Part shown: positions 59,437 through 64,000 of the stretch, in pieces | Layout of the letters: the number at the start of each line of letters is the position of its first letter | How positions within the stretch are numbered: the first letter of the stretch is position 1 | Origin: a virus | Virus record (IMG/VR): IMGVR_UViG_3300045988_101835 | Direction: 5' to 3' (one strand) | Length of the DNA stretch: 64,000 bases | Program-made: the position numbers and the translations under genes | The notes under the pieces: model-generated | The model's database searches: none | What the model was told of the DNA's origin: nothing | The model's input: only the letters and a program-made list of their open reading frames with translations

Positions 59437-59961
59437 ATGGGGGCTTTTTATTCACATGTTTGCGATTCCGAGAATTCGGCATCGGTAAACGATAAGGTTG
59501 CTACAGGCAAGCGCATTTCGAAAGGTCTTGCCGATTATCATCTTCACCACAAGGGCGGTGCGGAGGATATTCCGTCTATGGTTGATCTGAACGCCGAGGT
59601 TAAGGAGGAGGTTACGGACTCTACGGGTACGTTCAGCCTTCCTGCTGCTGCGGCATCTATTTTGTCTATGGTTCCGACGTTCGAGGTTGCGTCTTCGGAG
59701 CCGGATCGCCTTGAGGGTTTTTTTAAGTCGGTTGACGGGGATGAGGTTTATCTTGGCTTCGATGATTCTACGGTCACGGTTTACGCATACGAAGACCTTT
59801 CGGATGTATATGAAGACCCCATTGAGGTATCGTTCGACGCTTCGTCTTTGAACAGTGTGTACGCTTTGGCTGCGTTCTTGTCTGGGGTTGAGGATCTTCT
59901 CAGTAAGTCTTTGAACGTAGAGGACTATGTTTATGGGATTAAAAAGTTAGCATCGAAGTAG
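59437..59961 (+). CDS. Hypothetical structural protein
   Basis: ORF-track ORF. Confidence 0.55.
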   Translation: MGAFYSHVCDSENSASVNDKVATGKRISKGLADYHLHHKGGAEDIPSMVDLNAEVKEEVTDSTGTFSLPAAAASILSMVPTFEVASSEPDRLEGFFKSVDGDEVYLGFDDSTVTVYAYEDLSDVYEDPIEVSFDASSLNSVYALAAFLSGVEDLLSKSLNVEDYVYGIKKLASK

Positions 59962-59962
59962 C

Positions 59963-60604
59963 ATGTTTTTGCTTCAGTACGAGAAGGCGGTTTTGGAATG
60001 GTTTCATGCAGCGTATCCTCCGTTGCGTGAAGCCATTTACGCTTCCGACATAGATAAGCTTTTGGCGTTGGACGATCATCTTAAGTATCCGTCGTTGGTT
60101 TACAGCCGTGAGGATGCTGATCTCACGTTGCCGAAGGCTTACGACTCGTACTGCACTACTGCTGACGGCACTTTGGAGCACATGCGGGCTTTTCCTTTCG
60201 AGCAGATTTACGACGCTAAGCTTGTCGTCGAGAAGCAGGAGGACATCTGGCGTGTTGCTAATACTATTCGTCAGCGGTGGTCTTATGACTCCTACGCTCA
60301 TATTCTCCATCCGGACGATGACTGGCATCTAGACGTAGGCATGAGGTTACTTCGGTTCCGTGTTGAGAGCGAGCGTGACAACTTGGACCGGAAGGGTGCC
60401 CGGCGCGTGCTTCATATGCGCTGGCGTTCGAGTTTGATTCTTGAAGATTATGATGAAGCCCATCGTTGGGCCGGCTACCGTCTTTGGCTTGTTCCTAACG
60501 GTGTTATGGCGGAGAAGTATCTCATTGCGGAGGGTCCGCTTCCCATTGGCGGGGTTATTCCCGACGAGCCGCCTATGGTCGAGGGTACTATCTCGAAGGC
60601 GTAG
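59963..60604 (+). CDS. Hypothetical structural protein (possible tail-completion/terminator by position)
   Basis: Last conserved-looking gene before the sheath, separated from it only by the homing-endonuclease gene. Confidence 0.5.
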   Translation: MFLLQYEKAVLEWFHAAYPPLREAIYASDIDKLLALDDHLKYPSLVYSREDADLTLPKAYDSYCTTADGTLEHMRAFPFEQIYDAKLVVEKQEDIWRVANTIRQRWSYDSYAHILHPDDDWHLDVGMRLLRFRVESERDNLDRKGARRVLHMRWRSSLILEDYDEAHRWAGYRLWLVPNGVMAEKYLIAEGPLPIGGVIPDEPPMVEGTISKA

Positions 60605-60730
60605 CTTTTATACGTATATGTTTTTGCGAGGTGTTTGGTCTTGCGACCTCAAAATTTTTTCATTGATAAAGTGAAGCGGTGACTTAGGTTGCTGCTTCTT
60701 TTGTTGCGATTGTATACGTATTATCCTTAT

Positions 60731-61738
60731 ATGTATCGGGGTATTATTTACTTGCGGACTTCGCCGTCGGTTAAGTACTACGTCGGCTTGACCACGAATG
60801 AGACCAAGCGTCAGGAGTATTGGTTAAATACCAAGCGCGACTACGGTGGTTATCTAATTCGTGACGCCCGGAAGCGTTATCCGCCGGAGACGTGGGGCTA
60901 CACGGTTTTGGCGGAGGTCTTTAGTCCTTCGCGGTCGGACCTTATGGTTTGGCTTAATGCGCTGGAGGTCTACTTCATTTGGCGTTACGACTCTAATAAC
61001 CCGGAGCATGGTTATAACCTCACACGCGGTGGTGAGGGTCGTCTTGGCTACAAGTGCCGTCCGGAGGTTAAGGCGCGTCTTTCTGCTTTGTACAAGGGTC
61101 GCCCGCTTTCCGAGGAGACGAAGGAGAAAATCTCTCGTGCGGCTAAGGGCCGCAAGGCTTCGGAGGAGACACGACGGAAGCTGTCGGCTGCTCATAAGGG
61201 CAGAAAGCATTCAGAGGCTGCTAGGCGTGCTATGTCTTTAGCTTTGCGTGGGGTTCCGCATCATGCAGGTACTGGGCTTATTTTATCAGCTATCCACAAG
61301 GGGCGCAGACTTGATCCATCTCATGTTGCTAAGTTGCATGCTGCTAATCGTAAGGCTGTGCTACAGTATTCATTGTCGGGTGAGTTGCTGGCGGAGTTTG
61401 ATAGCGCTGTTGAGGCAAGTGCTGCGCTGGGAGTTTGTTATGGCCCTATTAGTCAGTGTTGTCGCGGCACTTTAAAGACGGCTTATGGGTTCAAGTGGGT
61501 TTTCAAGAATCCTGCACCGCCAGCCATCAAGCGTTCAGATCGTTATGTGGGTCAGTTCAGTTTGGAGGGCGAGTTGCTGCATGTTTATCCGTCTGCAGTT
61601 GCTGCCGCTAAGGCGACTTCTGGTCTTGTCTATGGTATTCGTGGATGCTGTAGAGGGGAGCATATTACGTCGGGTGGTTTCCGTTGGCATTATGTACATA
61701 AAGATACTCATGCAATTATATATCCCATAAATAAATAA
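60731..61738 (+). CDS. GIY-YIG homing endonuclease with NUMOD3 repeats, paralog of ORF 52199
   Basis: GIIYLRTSPSVKYYVGLT, YGYN, SEETKEKIS / SEETRRKLS / HSEAARRAMS repeats, YGFKWVF and GGFRWHYV. Confidence 0.8.
   Translation: MYRGIIYLRTSPSVKYYVGLTTNETKRQEYWLNTKRDYGGYLIRDARKRYPPETWGYTVLAEVFSPSRSDLMVWLNALEVYFIWRYDSNNPEHGYNLTRGGEGRLGYKCRPEVKARLSALYKGRPLSEETKEKISRAAKGRKASEETRRKLSAAHKGRKHSEAARRAMSLALRGVPHHAGTGLILSAIHKGRRLDPSHVAKLHAANRKAVLQYSLSGELLAEFDSAVEASAALGVCYGPISQCCRGTLKTAYGFKWVFKNPAPPAIKRSDRYVGQFSLEGELLHVYPSAVAAAKATSGLVYGIRGCCRGEHITSGGFRWHYVHKDTHAIIYPINK
61711..61725 (+). promoter_or_regulatory. Late-promoter-like motif (TGCAATTATATATCC followed by cATAAATA) embedded in the last codons of the homing-endonuclease gene
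   Basis: 26 nt before the sheath ATG at 61752. Confidence 0.55.
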
Positions 61739-61751
61739 CTGGTTTACAATC

Positions 61752-63575
61752 ATGGGAAAGAGCGCAAATCCCTTAATTTCAGTGCAATACACCGATGAAA
61801 CCAACTACGTCGAGGCTTCGAGTACTGATGACGTGATGGGTATGGTTATGGATGCTAACTGGGGTCCTTGTGGGACACCTGTTGTTTGCAATAGTACCAC
61901 TTTCCGTTCTATTTTCAATCCTCAGGGTTTGGGTCGTTTGAATGGCACGCTTGCCACGGCGCTTCGTGCTTTCGAGAAGAATCAGTCTTACATCGAGGTT
62001 GTCCGCTTGGGCAGTAAAGAGAATTGGCTGTTCGTGTATATTACGAGTGCTGGTACGGTAGGTACTTATTCGTATCCTTATAGTACCGATTCTTCGGCTA
62101 TTGACTTCTCGGCTGTAGCTACGGCTATCGAGACTTCGTTTGAGGGCGATCCTAAACCTACGGTTCAGGCTTTGTTCCGTCTTCGTTATCCGGGGGGCTT
62201 CCCAGCCCAGATTACTTTGTCGGCGTCGCCTAAGACGTTCTTGGGCACCCAGATGTATAGTCTGGAGCTTGCAGCTTATTCGGGTCAGACTTACACTACT
62301 GCAGGTGCTTCGGCTCGTGGTAAGAGTACGAAGGCTTCGGGTGCTACGGCGCAGCCGTCTTTCACCAATATCCTTGAGACCTTGACTTTCTCGCTTGTGG
62401 ACTTGACCTACAACGGTGTTTCGTATAATTACGCTGATGTCATTACGAATGACTCGACGTACTTTGTTTCGGACGTTGCGTGGGCTGCGGGTAAGTCTGT
62501 TAGCGTTGCTTTGACGAATGCGCCGTTCGTCTACAAAGTTGCAGATGCGGAGATTCCGGGCATTATTTCTCCTTCTTCTACAGTTCCGGCTTACGTGGCA
62601 GATGACTTCGTCGCAGCCTACGAGCTTTTCAAGGATCGTGACATTTCGTCGTCTACGGAGTTGGTTAATAGTTACCTTTGGGATGCTTATCTGGAAGGCA
62701 ATAGCGATCCTGTTTTTGATTCCTCTGCGGGTCCGGGTGCAGTCATGACTAAGATGTCTGAGATCGCCGAGCTTCGTCAGGACTGCTGCGCCTTGCTTGG
62801 CTTCCCTACGACGGTTAATTCGTCTGCGTGGATCAATCCTAACGAAGTTAATTGGGAGACTACTACCCGTACGAATGCTCGCACTTGGTTCGACGCTATT
62901 GCTAATGCGGGTCTGAACATGCACTCGTTCGGCATCGTTGGTTGGGAGCGCTATACGCTTCGTACTACGATGGGCGTTAAGGTTTATAACCTTGACTGTA
63001 CTGCAGGGTGGTGTGGACGTATTAGTGCTGTTGCTGCTTCTACTCGCAATCGGAACCAGCTTCCGTCTTACAAGGCTTATGGTACTTACCCGTCGACGCT
63101 TGTTCGGACTATGAGCTTTGAGAATGTCGTTGAGATGCATAAGGAGGACGGTATTGGTTCTGTTTATAGCACTGCTACGGGTAACTTCATCTTTGACGTG
63201 AAGGGTCTCTACGGAGTCGGCACTTCCTACTTTGCTCAGGCGAACGTTATGCGTGTCATCGAGTTCTTGCTTAGTAATAGCTACGACATCATTGAGCAAG
63301 TTATCCATACGGACGTTGCCGCTAACAAGGCTTCGCGTATTGACCTCGAAGGTCGCATGAATACGATGCTTAGCTGGTTCATTTCTCGCAATGAGCTTAA
63401 GGCCGAGTCGTATGTTGATATCGGTGATTCTTTGAACAGCGATGATCTGACGAACGGTGGTGAGTACTTGAATATTAATATTGTCTGCTACTTCTTGAAG
63501 TTGACGCAGGGTGTTAATATTAACATCATCGTCCGTGATGGTAGTGTTAGTTCGTCTGTTTCGATGGTTAATTAA
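61752..63575 (+). CDS. T4 gp18-like contractile tail sheath protein
   Basis: ANWGPCG resembles FQWGPAF, AELRQDCCALLGFP resembles GDARQDCLVLCSPP, and QANVMRVIEFLLSN resembles RINVRRLFNMLKTN. Confidence 0.8.
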   Translation: MGKSANPLISVQYTDETNYVEASSTDDVMGMVMDANWGPCGTPVVCNSTTFRSIFNPQGLGRLNGTLATALRAFEKNQSYIEVVRLGSKENWLFVYITSAGTVGTYSYPYSTDSSAIDFSAVATAIETSFEGDPKPTVQALFRLRYPGGFPAQITLSASPKTFLGTQMYSLELAAYSGQTYTTAGASARGKSTKASGATAQPSFTNILETLTFSLVDLTYNGVSYNYADVITNDSTYFVSDVAWAAGKSVSVALTNAPFVYKVADAEIPGIISPSSTVPAYVADDFVAAYELFKDRDISSSTELVNSYLWDAYLEGNSDPVFDSSAGPGAVMTKMSEIAELRQDCCALLGFPTTVNSSAWINPNEVNWETTTRTNARTWFDAIANAGLNMHSFGIVGWERYTLRTTMGVKVYNLDCTAGWCGRISAVAASTRNRNQLPSYKAYGTYPSTLVRTMSFENVVEMHKEDGIGSVYSTATGNFIFDVKGLYGVGTSYFAQANVMRVIEFLLSNSYDIIEQVIHTDVAANKASRIDLEGRMNTMLSWFISRNELKAESYVDIGDSLNSDDLTNGGEYLNINIVCYFLKLTQGVNINIIVRDGSVSSSVSMVN

Positions 63576-63592
63576 TTAAATTTCTTGCTTGT

Positions 63593-64000
63593 CCTATGAC
63601 ACGTAAAATACAGACTTTCACGGGTATCATCACGAACCCGATGAATATTCACAACTTCGCGTTGTCCATTCCGGGTTTTGAGGATTACAGCATCACGGTT
63701 CAGAGCACGTCGTTTCCGTCGGACTCTCTCCGTCAGACGCGGTTGTACGTTGCGGGCGAGGAGATTCGCTATCCTACGGTTGCTCAGAATTCGGGCACGT
63801 GGCAGTTTGTTGTTCCGGAGACGGACGACGGTACTATCAGTTCCATTCTGGATGGCATCCGTTCTGAGATTTGGAATCAGCTTACGGGTGGTTTGACGGT
63901 TGATCCTACGCAGTGGCGTGACATTGGTGTCATTGCCCGGGACCTCAATAGTAACGAGTCTTTCGAGGTCATTTTGCATGGTGCGTGGCTTGCGGGCCGT
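63593..64000 (+). CDS. T4 gp19-like tail tube protein (3' end outside the window)
   Basis: ATG at 63593, open to the window end. NIHNFALSIPGF...ITVQSTSFPS...YVAGEEIRYP...GTWQFVV fits the tube pattern. Lies immediately after the sheath. Confidence 0.65.

Noticed and set aside
61779-63308. 509-aa ORF on the - strand, antisense to the tail sheath gene. Similar long antisense ORFs lie at 48201..49253, 24758..25489, 26315..27025 and 46704..47294.
   Set aside because: Their translations are R/N/T/L/I-rich low-complexity sequence with no motifs. They mirror + strand genes that have strong homology signals. The A-poor + strand simply removes stop codons from the antisense frames.
1-64000. Genome-wide stop-codon reassignment (TAG or TGA recoding), as reported for some gut phages.
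   Set aside because: All large structural and replication genes are uninterrupted with the standard code. Only two isolated in-frame stops were seen, and both are explicable as mutations or chance.
40109-64000. Initial guess of a crAss-like podovirus, prompted by the Bacteroidota-type promoters.
   Set aside because: The window encodes a contractile tail sheath and tube and a gp21/gp23-type head module, which indicates a myovirus with a T4-like core.

Overview
This window is a densely packed segment of a large tailed-phage genome. About 85 genes lie on the + strand and only one, an IS-borne tnpA, lies on the - strand.

It has a distant T4-like core:
- Structural genes: large terminase, gp20-size portal candidate, gp21-like prohead protease, gp23-like major capsid protein, gp18-like tail sheath and gp19-like tail tube.
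- Replication and repair genes: Rad50/Mre11-like nuclease, RecA/UvsX-like recombinase, RuvC-like resolvase, clamp-loader ATPase and DnaN-like clamp candidate.
- A gp55-like small sigma candidate.

Eight intergenic promoters match the Bacteroidota consensus (TTTG, exactly 20 nt, TAnnTTTG), and Shine-Dalgarno sequences are absent. I therefore predict a Bacteroidota host.

A second motif, GTGCAATT(A/C)TATATCC(C/T)ATAAAT, occurs nine times. Most copies sit in front of structural gene blocks, so it is a candidate phage-specific middle/late promoter.

The genome carries many selfish elements:
- An IS605-type insertion (tnpA/tnpB) with IS608-like end geometry.
- A second full tnpB copy and a third, truncated tnpB at the left edge.
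- LAGLIDADG inteins in the terminase P-loop and in the clamp loader.
- Two paralogous GIY-YIG homing-endonuclease genes in the structural module.

Other notable items:
- A Rad50-like ATPase split at its zinc hook, with a DNA methyltransferase gene between the halves.
- A 927-aa B12-domain radical SAM protein with an atypical CX5CX2C motif.
- A YoeB-like toxin flanked by three paralogous acidic mini-proteins, in its own host-promoter cassette.
- Three frameshifts at homopolymer runs.
- A 1276-aa late protein with an internal duplication.

All homology calls come from motif recognition by eye. No database search was run.
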